Below, one piece after another: positions 26,587 through 36,059 of a DNA stretch of 64,000 nucleotides. Source of the DNA: Acidobacteriota bacterium (lineage in GTDB: Bacteria; Acidobacteriota; Thermoanaerobaculia; Gp7-AA8). The notes beneath the pieces were generated by a model that was not told where the DNA came from, ran no database searches, and saw only the letters and a program-made list of their open reading frames with translations. A program made the position numbers and the translations under genes. Each line of letters opens with the position of its first letter. The first letter of the stretch is position 1. The stretch spans positions 75,484 to 139,483 of the forward strand of contig JAJXWV010000041.1 in assembly GCA_021781455.1 (NCBI GenBank), read 5' to 3'.

Positions 26587-28899
26587 TTACCGTCGCACCG
26601 GCCGGGATCGGGGCACGGCGTCGAGGTCGCGCAGGAATGCCCGCGGCGCGGCGCCGTACGGGCGCTCGATGCCGAGGCGAACGTACGCCAGGTACGCATG
26701 ATCGCCGGCGATGCAGAGAGAATCGCGGGACAGGACGATGGCGTTGTCGGCTCGTCCATCGAAGCGCAGCGCAATTGTGTCCGACTGCACAATCGACGCT
26801 TGCGCGTCGAGAGTGGCGCGATGGATCTCGATTCCGGTCGTCGTCATGACCGGCCAAGCAATCGTGTACGCCGATGCATTCCAGGCGATCGGAACGACGC
26901 CGGGAGCCACGCCGAAGAAATTCGCCGAGCCGGTCCAGATCGCGTGTCCGTTCTGCTGCGGCGTGCCGTCGAGCAGCTCGCCATTCCGCGAAACAGCGCT
27001 CGAGCGGACCGAGTAGCGTGCGTCCTGCAGCGGTTGGCTCATCCACGTGACGATGGCGCCGTCGCCGTTCGCAGCGATCGAAATGCTCTCCTGATCATCG
27101 GGATCGACCGCGATCGCGATTCCGCCCGGCGCGTCGAGCGGCCGGCCGTCCGCGGCGAATCGCCCGGCGTAGACGTCGCCTTGACTTGCGAGGGGACACT
27201 CGAACGGACAGTGGAGAATTCCGGGCTCGAGCTGCACCCAGCCGATCCAGTACATTGAGCCGTCGAACGCGATCGCGGGCTGCTGATGCCGCTGCGGACC
27301 GACTGTGATCGTGGAGGCATCATCGAGCGTTCCGTTCGCGCGCACGCGCCTGATCCGGATCTGTCCCGAACCGTCGGCAGCCTGCCAGGCCACGACCCAG
27401 TCGCGTCCGTCGCTCGCGACAACCGGGCTGTCCAAGCTCGCGGTCGTCTGCGCCCCCTCGTCGATGACGATGTCCGCCGTATCCAGCGGCACCGCGGATG
27501 TGGAGAAGCGGCGCGCTTTGACGCGGCAATTCTGCTGAGCGCCTTCTTCCCAGACGACGAGGTGCGCTATGCCATTGAATGCCGTCGATACCTGCACCGC
27601 GGTCGAGTTCCACGAGGTCGGGCGCAGGCCGGTCGCGATCCGAATGCCGTTGCCGGTCGCCGGGACGCCCTCCGCCGTCAGGTGGCCGACATACAGATCA
27701 GAATTGGCGAATGGACCATAGGCCGTACTGAATGGACGGTACTCGGACCACGCCGCGAACCATCCGTCAGGATCGCGCGAGATCGCTGGCGCGGTCTGGT
27801 ACGAGGCGCCGCTTGCCGCCGCAATGGCGGTGCCGGTTGTCAAATCGTCGTGCAGCAGTGCGACTCGAAAAATCCGGTCGGTCGACGTGACCCATGTGAC
27901 GAGCCGCGCGTCAGGCGAGATGCCGAACCCGGAGACGTGATCGGCGATGACCACAGGCGCTCCCACGGCAACCAGATTGCTGTCGAGTCTCTGCGCGGTA
28001 ACCGTGGCCTTGCTGTCGACCGAGAACACGGATGCCTCGCCATCTGAAGAGACGAGAGCCGAGACCGGCGGAACCGTAACTCTCGCCATAATCGTCCCGT
28101 CGCGCGCGATGCGGACGAGTTGTGGAGAGCCAGGCGGCCACCCAACCGCTGCTGACGCGATGATCCACGATACGCCGTCGAAAACGATAAGGTTGTTTGT
28201 GGTGCTCGACGCCGCGATCGTGATGCCAAGATTGCTGCCGTCCGGCCGCACGATGGCGCCGAGGGTCGATTGTGTGTCACCGTTCCAGACGACGAGAAAA
28301 TTGGTGCCGTCCGTCGACACTGCCACGCCGTCGCCGATCCACCCCTGCGTCCTTGCGATCGGCACGTCGGGGACGATGACGTTCAGATCGTCGTCGAGAA
28401 TCAGCGCGCTGATACTGTGGTAGAGGCTGTACGCAATCAGCAGCTGGCCGCCATTCCAGGCGATCGCAACACGGTCCTCGGTGCCACTCGCGAGCGGCGG
28501 CAGATAGTCGACGATTGCTCTCCTTTCGGCAACATTTCCCTGCGGCGTGACACGTGCGACCCAGATCTGTGAATCCAACCGGTCGTTCCAGACGACGACA
28601 TAGTCTCTGCCGTTCCACGCAACCGCCGGAGGAACATCGCTGTAGGCCGTCGTGATCGTCAGCGGAATGGGATCGAGGACCTCACCGCCGCCCGAGACGC
28701 GCGTCGCCACGATGGCGTAGCCGCGCGAAACGACGAGGTAGTCCTGCCCGTCGGTGGCGATGGCCGGAGTCAGGCCGGCTGCGACCGGCGCCGGCGCCAC
28801 AGTGGAAATCGGCCATTCGGTGCCCGCCGCGCTCATCGCGGTCGCGATCAGCGCAAAGAGAATCGCCCATCGGATGACCACACGTGGATTGTGGCTCAT
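26587..28899 (-). CDS. Secreted repeat protein, probably a multi-bladed beta-propeller (about 13 repeats of ~55 aa)
   Basis: Signal peptide MSHNPRVVIRWAILFALIATAMSAAG. The body is recurring modules with the motif DG/NG-x-D/N-[YFW]-x-VV-W (DGQDYLVVS, NGRDYVVVWND, DGTNFLVVWNGD, DGRDWVVAWQAADG, FNGIAHLVVWEEG, NGDGAIVTWMS ...). Confidence 0.6.
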   Translation of the reverse strand: MSHNPRVVIRWAILFALIATAMSAAGTEWPISTVAPAPVAAGLTPAIATDGQDYLVVSRGYAIVATRVSGGGEVLDPIPLTITTAYSDVPPAVAWNGRDYVVVWNDRLDSQIWVARVTPQGNVAERRAIVDYLPPLASGTEDRVAIAWNGGQLLIAYSLYHSISALILDDDLNVIVPDVPIARTQGWIGDGVAVSTDGTNFLVVWNGDTQSTLGAIVRPDGSNLGITIAASSTTNNLIVFDGVSWIIASAAVGWPPGSPQLVRIARDGTIMARVTVPPVSALVSSDGEASVFSVDSKATVTAQRLDSNLVAVGAPVVIADHVSGFGISPDARLVTWVTSTDRIFRVALLHDDLTTGTAIAAASGASYQTAPAISRDPDGWFAAWSEYRPFSTAYGPFANSDLYVGHLTAEGVPATGNGIRIATGLRPTSWNSTAVQVSTAFNGIAHLVVWEEGAQQNCRVKARRFSTSAVPLDTADIVIDEGAQTTASLDSPVVASDGRDWVVAWQAADGSGQIRIRRVRANGTLDDASTITVGPQRHQQPAIAFDGSMYWIGWVQLEPGILHCPFECPLASQGDVYAGRFAADGRPLDAPGGIAIAVDPDDQESISIAANGDGAIVTWMSQPLQDARYSVRSSAVSRNGELLDGTPQQNGHAIWTGSANFFGVAPGVVPIAWNASAYTIAWPVMTTTGIEIHRATLDAQASIVQSDTIALRFDGRADNAIVLSRDSLCIAGDHAYLAYVRLGIERPYGAAPRAFLRDLDAVPRSRPVRR

Positions 28900-29073
28900 G
28901 CCTCCGATTTCTACCGCATTCCGGAACGGCGCAGGTGCGAACCGCGTCACGAGACGTCGTGGTTGTCCGGGACGCCGCACACGTGTGCCTCCAAAGCGGT
29001 CCCCGCACCGGTCATCGTGGCCGCGTACTCATCGCTTGTGGTCCCGCTGGGGTTGATCCTGTCCGTGAATTCA

Positions 29074-29149
29074 CGTCGGGAATCTCCGCCTTTTGCGTTG
29101 CGCTATGCTGACGTTCATTGCCTCGGTGGCGGACGCTGCGAACTTACAG
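29074..29149 (+). pseudogene. Degenerate direct copy of the tRNA-Leu upstream region plus tRNA positions 1 to about 38 (att-like repeat or pseudo-tRNA)
   Basis: cgtcgggaatctccgcc-ttttgcgttgcgctatgctgacgttcattgcctcggtggcgga-cgctgcgaacttacag aligns with 33395-33498 (cgacgggaatctccgcgaactctctcaggcttttgcgttgcgttatcctgacgtccgttgcctcggtggcggaatggcagacgctgcggacttaaaatcc). It has one 13-nt and one 9-nt indel and is otherwise about 85% identical. Confidence 0.7.
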
Positions 29150-29229
29150 TAAAAAGCACAGCGCCGTCACGACATGACAGCAAACGCATCCGCTGGTAAT
29201 GGGCGACGCCGTCTTTCCCGTCCCGTCCA

Positions 29230-31620
29230 TCAGTGGAAAACGACTTCGTTTGTTGCGCCGACTCGCAGGTGCGGCAGGCCAGCGACGAGATACGGGACGG
29301 TAAACACGTCTGTGCCTGTGGCAAAGTCGTGCGGAAGGGACGCCGGATCCGGGCCCAGGATTACATCGACGATATCCGTTGTGTAGATGTCGTACACCTC
29401 AACAGCCGCCCGACCAATAAGCATGAACGGAGCACGCCGGAAACGCTGGTGCTGCGCAAACGCTGATTGTGGAATTCTCACACCGTTCACGACAAGCCCG
29501 ATAATCGCTGTCGATTGCTTTAGCGACGGCGCTACAGCGATTCGGATTGCTCTCGTCGCGCTGAGCCCTGGTGGAGCGATTTCAGTCGGGAGCCCGCCTG
29601 GATCAGCAGACACGGCCGGTATTACATAAAGTGGTGATGCACCGACAAGCACGGTGTACTCTGGAGCGCCATGGTTAAGATGAAACCGGATATCGCCGTT
29701 CTCATCGACAGCCGCGTGCTCGGTGACTGTTCCATCGGCCAGGCACCAGTATGCGAGACTGTACTTGCCAGTCCCAACATGGGCGTGGCGTTCGGCCGCA
29801 GGCCGCAAGGCGATGCTCACCTCCTGCACATCCTTAAGGATTTCGACCGTGTCGCACGCGGACTTATAGTTAGCGGCCTCCGCACAGATACGAGTAGTTT
29901 TCCCGGACGGCAGCGAGTCTACGACTACCCGTCCGTTCGAGTCCCGCTCTCCAGGCATCATGTATAGACCTTGGGTGTCACCCTTGTCTCGGAACACGGT
30001 CGCAATCGCTCTGGCGTCCGGGAGCGGTGATCCGGTTACTGCATCTGTGACCGTCACTTCGACCTTGTTGATTGGAACGTCGATATCGTAACCAGCCCCC
30101 GCCGCGACTTCACTTTCAGGAACGTGAATGTACTCGAACGAGTGATCGCAAGCCTTGACCTGAATGTTGGTCTTGCCGGGTGATGCAGTTAGGTAAGCGC
30201 CGTACTCGCCACTCGGTGTGGAAACGGCTGAACCCGTGCGGAATAAGAGTTGTGCGACGACCGGCTTTCCACCCCGCGTTATGCGGCCGGCGACGTAGAA
30301 ACCTCGTCCTGACATCGTCAGCCTGATTGATTCGCCAGGCGCAGTCTCGACGGTGTCCATAGCCGCGGTGTGCGAGCCACGTGAAACGGTGACTAGGTAA
30401 GCGCCGGGCGTCAGTCCAGCAAATTGCGTGACCGCGCTCGAAGCAGTAGCCCAGTCACCTCGCTTCTCCTGAATGACCGTGCACCGCTTCGGTGTATCCA
30501 CGGTCAGCCTGATCGAATGCAGGTATTTTCCGCAGTCGTATACGGCAATGTTCGGCCGCTCCGCCTGATCAGCGTTTGCCCGAAGAGGGTCGGTTACGGC
30601 ATCGCATGAGACTCGATTCGGTTGCGACCACCCAGCTATGTCCGTCACTGTCACGTCTAACGCCGAGCCAACGTGTACAGGTATCAGGTCCGAAATCACT
30701 AGTCCGCCCGGGGTAATACTGACCGGAACCTGCTGCGCAAGCCACCGAGCGCCGCCGATCAGAAGTGTGGCATCCCCGGGTGGAACGTCATCGAATACAA
30801 AGATGTTGTTTAGTAGATTCTGAGAATACATCGGCGCAAGAATTGGCGCGTGTGGACGACCGCGGCCATCCCTGAGTGTCACGTCGGGTACGGCTTGCTT
30901 GCCTAAGAGTGCCAAGAATTGCTGTGAGTAGAGCTGCGCGCACACAACTCCGCCTTCGGTGGTCGCCACCAGTCCTTGTCCTGTGAACGGGTCCACCGGG
31001 CGAAGCGCCGTCATGACGTACTGGGTGTTATTGATGGCGCGTACGAGCAGAGTCTTGCCCGCGCCGACGGTCGCCAAGCTTCCGATCCTCGTCGGCTTTC
31101 CTCCGTGAACGATGACGGGCAATAACGGTGTGTCTGCGGGCACCAGGATTGACGTCGCACCGCGGGGTACTGGAATCACAGCTCCGCGGTTCTTAGCCGT
31201 CTCCCCTTCAAGTATGGCCACGTCATCAGCGGTGGCCAAATCCTTGTTGACCACCGACAGGTCGAGAGTTGCAGCGGCCGCGAGATCGAGGCTGACTCCT
31301 TTCACAGCTTGCGCGTCGGTTGTACCGGTGATGAAACCGTGATTAGCACTGATCAACCCTCGCGGGTGACGCGCGTAAACACCGAAACCGTTAGGCGGAA
31401 TCTCAATGAGCTTATCTGCAGGCAGACAACGCACCTGACCAGCAGTAGCGAAAACGCTGAATGGGTTCGCCAGGTCCATGGGGTAAAAACAGACCTCGGA
31501 ACCCGGTAAACGTTCTCCGGCGTAGCGGATGCGAAAATCGACGCGCCCGTGGACCACGAGAGCGACGAGGGTAATCGCCACGGACATTGCGGATGCTTTG
31601 AGAGCCGTTCGACAGGTCAT
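29230..31620 (-). CDS. Large secreted hypothetical protein (796 aa)
   Basis: N-terminal signal anchor (AMSVAITLVALVVHG). No catalytic motif recognised. Noticeably lower GC than flanking housekeeping genes. Confidence 0.6.
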   Translation of the reverse strand: MTCRTALKASAMSVAITLVALVVHGRVDFRIRYAGERLPGSEVCFYPMDLANPFSVFATAGQVRCLPADKLIEIPPNGFGVYARHPRGLISANHGFITGTTDAQAVKGVSLDLAAAATLDLSVVNKDLATADDVAILEGETAKNRGAVIPVPRGATSILVPADTPLLPVIVHGGKPTRIGSLATVGAGKTLLVRAINNTQYVMTALRPVDPFTGQGLVATTEGGVVCAQLYSQQFLALLGKQAVPDVTLRDGRGRPHAPILAPMYSQNLLNNIFVFDDVPPGDATLLIGGARWLAQQVPVSITPGGLVISDLIPVHVGSALDVTVTDIAGWSQPNRVSCDAVTDPLRANADQAERPNIAVYDCGKYLHSIRLTVDTPKRCTVIQEKRGDWATASSAVTQFAGLTPGAYLVTVSRGSHTAAMDTVETAPGESIRLTMSGRGFYVAGRITRGGKPVVAQLLFRTGSAVSTPSGEYGAYLTASPGKTNIQVKACDHSFEYIHVPESEVAAGAGYDIDVPINKVEVTVTDAVTGSPLPDARAIATVFRDKGDTQGLYMMPGERDSNGRVVVDSLPSGKTTRICAEAANYKSACDTVEILKDVQEVSIALRPAAERHAHVGTGKYSLAYWCLADGTVTEHAAVDENGDIRFHLNHGAPEYTVLVGASPLYVIPAVSADPGGLPTEIAPPGLSATRAIRIAVAPSLKQSTAIIGLVVNGVRIPQSAFAQHQRFRRAPFMLIGRAAVEVYDIYTTDIVDVILGPDPASLPHDFATGTDVFTVPYLVAGLPHLRVGATNEVVFH

Positions 31621-31629
31621 CGGCAGATC

Positions 31630-32136
31630 TCAGCAGTTCTGGCAGAAGCACGCCCCGTGGATCTCGATTCCGTCCCTGCAATAGTTCAGATAGTACACTG
31701 ACTGGCACGAGCGGTTGTCGGGATAGGGCAACGATGGGTTGCACAGCCAAAACGCGTCGCAGGTAGTCGGAAAGCAGTTCGACAGCGGCGTGGCGGAGTC
31801 GGATTGTGGAGTTTGGTTCGCTGCAATGGTCGACCAGACTATATCAGTTTTGGCGGTCTCCGTGACTTTCGTTGAATGCCGCAGCCATACACTAGTGGCC
31901 TGTATTGGTTGAATTGGTACCAGTGGCGCCGGGATCGGCGACGTGAGCGAGGCGCGCCGACGCAGGCATAGCGGTGACTATGCTGAGGAGGCGCAACGAA
32001 GCTCACGGCGTCGAGACCAAGCCAGGTGGTACCAATTCAGCCGATACAGGCCACTAGGTGCGCCAGTCATGGTTGGCGTGACAATCAGAAGTGATATTGA
32101 TATTGCGAGGAGAACCATGATCTGCGATCTGTTCAT
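31630..32136 (-). pseudogene. Secreted Cys-rich protein gene interrupted by a single in-frame TAG (signal peptide 52 codons, TAG, then 115 codons with 10 Cys)
   Basis: RBS aaggaggg then ATG. MNRSQIMVLLAISISLLIVTPTMTGAPSGLYRLNWYHLAWSRRRELRCASSA - TAG (31980..31978) - SPLCLRRR...NCFPTTCDAFWLCNPSLPYPDNRSCQSVYYLNYCRDGIEIHGACFCQNC-stop, all in one frame. Coordinates and codon counts are consistent (507 nt). Confidence 0.5.
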
Positions 32137-32574
32137 GTTTCCCTCCTTGGTATGAGCTAACTGGTTGATGAGCGCTGTACCCCGGGCTGAACACAGTGAC
32201 GGAAGGAGTGCATGCCTGGCTAACGCCCGGCCGCACGCCCACAACATGGGATCTCCACCATAGGAGGATCGTGATACGCCGTACCGGTGGGCGTGAGGTC
32301 GCATGATGATCGCTTGTAGGACTCTCGCGTGGTATCGCCTGGTCGTTACTGTAAGGCATTCGGTGAGGACGCGGCGTGACGTGCTCGGCTGCTTCGGGAG
32401 ATCGGGATAGAGTTCGAAAATCCAACCCGTGAAACGGTTGTTGCCGATGAATTCTCCAACCGCGGACAGCGCCTGAAGCGTCGTCCGTTCGGTCGGAATC
32501 CCTGCCGCCACTCCGAATGACCTGGTGCCGCCGTCCCGCGTTGCAGAAGTCGACAACGCGCTGGGAATCTCGCC

Positions 32575-32964
32575 GTGGCGAACCTCCCGGTCCTCGACCT
32601 GAGCAAGTACCTCCTGACCGTCGAAAACGAGGGTGAGCTCTTCGAGTACGTTCTCCGCATCGCGAAGCATGAGGTGGCTCGTGATGGCGCTGTCGATGTC
32701 GGTGATGCGGAGATGCTCGACATTTCGCGATGGCTGCATCGACAAATTCGCCTCATCGAAAACGCGGAGAAGCCGCTTTCATTCAAACGGCTAAAGTCGA
32801 TCCTCTCGCGCTTCGAATCCACGTTCGCGCACCCGCACAAAGGCAATCGAATCGACATCTACCGCCACGGCAGATGGACGCAGGTTCATTACCGTGGCGA
32901 TGGCAGCGAGGTTCAGCGGAATACGATTCGAAAGATTCGGCAGGATCTCAAGCCTGAGCGATGA
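32575..32964 (+). CDS. Hypothetical protein. The C-terminal ~60 aa loosely resemble HicA-family mRNA-interferase toxins.
   Basis: KRLKSILSRFESTFAHPHKGNRIDIYRHG...GSEVQRNTIRKIRQDL resembles the HicA pattern K..I..L...G......GSH..F.HP.G....V..H.....GT...I.KQ.GL. The true start may be Met at 32713. No HicB-like partner is seen. Confidence 0.3.
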   Translation: MANLPVLDLSKYLLTVENEGELFEYVLRIAKHEVARDGAVDVGDAEMLDISRWLHRQIRLIENAEKPLSFKRLKSILSRFESTFAHPHKGNRIDIYRHGRWTQVHYRGDGSEVQRNTIRKIRQDLKPER

Positions 32965-33459
32965 CGATGGCAACGATTCGATGATCTTCTACGACGCTCG
33001 TGACCGAGTACCCGAATTCGTGCACAGATATCGCCGCACGCTCGACCGTCTCGCAAAGCTGTGAACGAGCAACATGAGCAACGAAGAAATCGTGAATGGC
33101 CCGCTTGCTCGTAGGAACGTCGGCGATTCGCTGCTGGCCGCGTGACCTGAAGGCGCTTTGAGCGGCGCCGGTCCGCCCTGCGACGGCGAATCTGTCATGC
33201 CGATTCTGGGTGAACTGGACCCTTCGCGAATGCTACATGCATTTTCGAGGCCGCCATGCCAATCGCGAGTCCTTGAAAAGCTGGGCATACCCACCTCGTC
33301 ACCGCGTTGTTATTGCGTCGAGTCGAGCGTCTGTACGAACACTGTCCGTGAATTGTTCTTGCTCTCGGCGAAACTCAGCATGAACAGACGCTACTCGCGA
33401 CGACGGGAATCTCCGCGAACTCTCTCAGGCTTTTGCGTTGCGTTATCCTGACGTCCGTT

Positions 33460-33547
33460 GCCTCGGTGGCGGAATGGCAGACGCTGCGGACTTAAAATCC
33501 GCTGCTCCGTGAGGGGCGTGCCGGTTCGAGTCCGGCCCGAGGCACCA
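33460..33547 (+). tRNA. tRNA-Leu (anticodon UAA), with long variable arm
   Basis: gcctcgg tg gcgg aatggcag acgc t gcgga cttaaaa tccgc + 17-nt variable arm + gccgg ttcgagt ccggc ccgaggc a cca. Cloverleaf folds with T-loop TTCGAGT and encoded CCA. Confidence 0.85.
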
Positions 33548-33551
33548 GACG

Positions 33552-33650
33552 AGCGGGAAGCGGGCAGCGGGTAGGACGACGGTGCTCGCCACCATCCGCG
33601 CCTCCTACCCGCTACTCGCTACCCGCTACCCGCTACCCGCTTCGTTATCA
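33552..33650. repeat. Family G inverted heptamer array (GCGGGWA x3, spacer, CGCTACC x5)
   Basis: gcgggaagcgggcagcgggtagga cgacggtgctcgccaccatccgcgcc tcctacccgctactcgctacccgctacccgctacccgc. It directly follows the tRNA-Leu 3' end. A half-copy occurs at 42906-42930. Confidence 0.8.
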
Positions 33651-33686
33651 TTCGCCGCTGCCACTTTCCACCCCACCGGAGGAATC

Positions 33687-34862
<1,176 letters not shown>

Positions 34863-34865
34863 CCT

Positions 34866-34953
34866 CTATTTAGGATCTGAGATTGATGATTGATGAACCG
34901 ATGAAGGAGTGGGCTCATCGGTTCATCAATCATCAATCTCAAATCTCAAATAG
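34866..34953. repeat. Family F inverted heptamer array (TTGATGA-type units)
   Basis: ctatttaggatctgagattgatgattgatgaaccgatga aggagtgggc tcatcggttcatcaatcatcaatctcaaatctcaaatag. It sits between the convergent ACAD and HEAT-repeat genes. Confidence 0.85.
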
Positions 34954-34958
34954 CGGCG

Positions 34959-35567
34959 CTACTCCATCTCCTCGAGCGCCTGACGCGCCTGTTCCCAGAT
35001 CTCCGGCGCCATGCGCTTGACGCGGCTGTCGGCGACGATGCGGCGGAGGGGTGGGACAGCGTCCGGAACGCGGAAGACGTCATCGTCGCGGATGGCCTGG
35101 ACGGCTACGAACTGCACCGGCCCGTAGGCATCGCTCAGGGCCGGAACGAGGGCGGCGGCGGCTTCCGGGGTGTGCAATGCGACCAGCGCGTTGGCGGCGG
35201 CGTAGCGGATGGTGGCGTCCTCGCTCGTGACCATCCTGCCGAGCGCTGCGATGACGGCAGGATCGGGTTTCGCGGAGCCGAGAGCCGAGACGTAGACCGT
35301 GGCGTTCGGCTCGGCAGCATCCAGCCGGGCCAGCAGCGCTCCGGGATCCGCTTTCGCTACTTCGCTCAGGACGTGAGTGAGGGCCTCCACGACCTGGTGA
35401 GGATGGTGGTCGCGTGTCTCGGTGCCGTTCATCGCTTCGGCCACGGCGTCGACCGCATCGGGACCGAGGGAAGCGATCTCGCCGAGGTCCGGATTGTCGC
35501 GGCGCAACGCGTCTACCGGACTGGCCACGATCCGGGCGACGATCTCGCGGGCGCGAGCGCTGGTCAT
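34959..35567 (-). CDS. HEAT/armadillo-like repeat hypothetical protein
   Basis: Alpha-helical repeat composition (AVIAALGRMVTSEDATIRYAAANALVALHTPEAAAALVPALSD). It is the last gene of the three-gene minus-strand block with the M61 peptidase. Confidence 0.45.
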   Translation of the reverse strand: MTSARAREIVARIVASPVDALRRDNPDLGEIASLGPDAVDAVAEAMNGTETRDHHPHQVVEALTHVLSEVAKADPGALLARLDAAEPNATVYVSALGSAKPDPAVIAALGRMVTSEDATIRYAAANALVALHTPEAAAALVPALSDAYGPVQFVAVQAIRDDDVFRVPDAVPPLRRIVADSRVKRMAPEIWEQARQALEEME

Positions 35568-36059
35568 CTACTCCTCTTTCTGCGTCATCCGTTGGCGCCT
35601 GGCGAGACGCTGCAGAAAATCGAATGCAATTCCGCCGCTGGTCTTCTTCAGCGACAGGAGGTAGGTCGCAATCGCCACGGCTCCTCCGATCCATGCCAGC
35701 GCGCCGACTTCGCGCGAATGCGGGAAGAACGGCCAGATCGTAAAGAGCAGGGCACCGACACCACCGACCGCGAGCATCATCACCCGCTGCACTCTCGGCG
35801 CGTCGACGTCTCGGTCGCAGGTCAGGGTGACAGTGGTCTCGGAGTCCTGGTGCGGCAGCCATGAAACGGTGCACTCGACCGAGCCGGTTGCGGCGACGCC
35901 GCGCCTGAGCGGAAGCACGAACCGCCGCCGCCGCTCGCCGGACTCGCGAAGTTGCCCGCCGTACAGGTCGATGAGCTCGGCAATGGACTCGTCGATTCCT
36001 TCTTCCGGGATGCGGTCTTCGGTGAAGCTCACCGGGACTGCGGGGCTCGAGTCTGTCAT
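35568..36059 (-). CDS. Hypothetical membrane protein
   Basis: Two C-terminal TM helices (MMLAVGGVGALLFTIWPFF, LAWIGGAVAIATYLLSL). The start overlaps the upstream peptidase stop. Confidence 0.45.
   Translation of the reverse strand: MTDSSPAVPVSFTEDRIPEEGIDESIAELIDLYGGQLRESGERRRRFVLPLRRGVAATGSVECTVSWLPHQDSETTVTLTCDRDVDAPRVQRVMMLAVGGVGALLFTIWPFFPHSREVGALAWIGGAVAIATYLLSLKKTSGGIAFDFLQRLARRQRMTQKEE

Noticed and set aside
29074-33547. An integrase, transposase or other mobility gene inside the tRNA-bounded islet.
   Set aside because: None of the frames shows tyrosine-recombinase (R..H..R..Y) or DDE motifs. The islet is reported as a decayed insertion.
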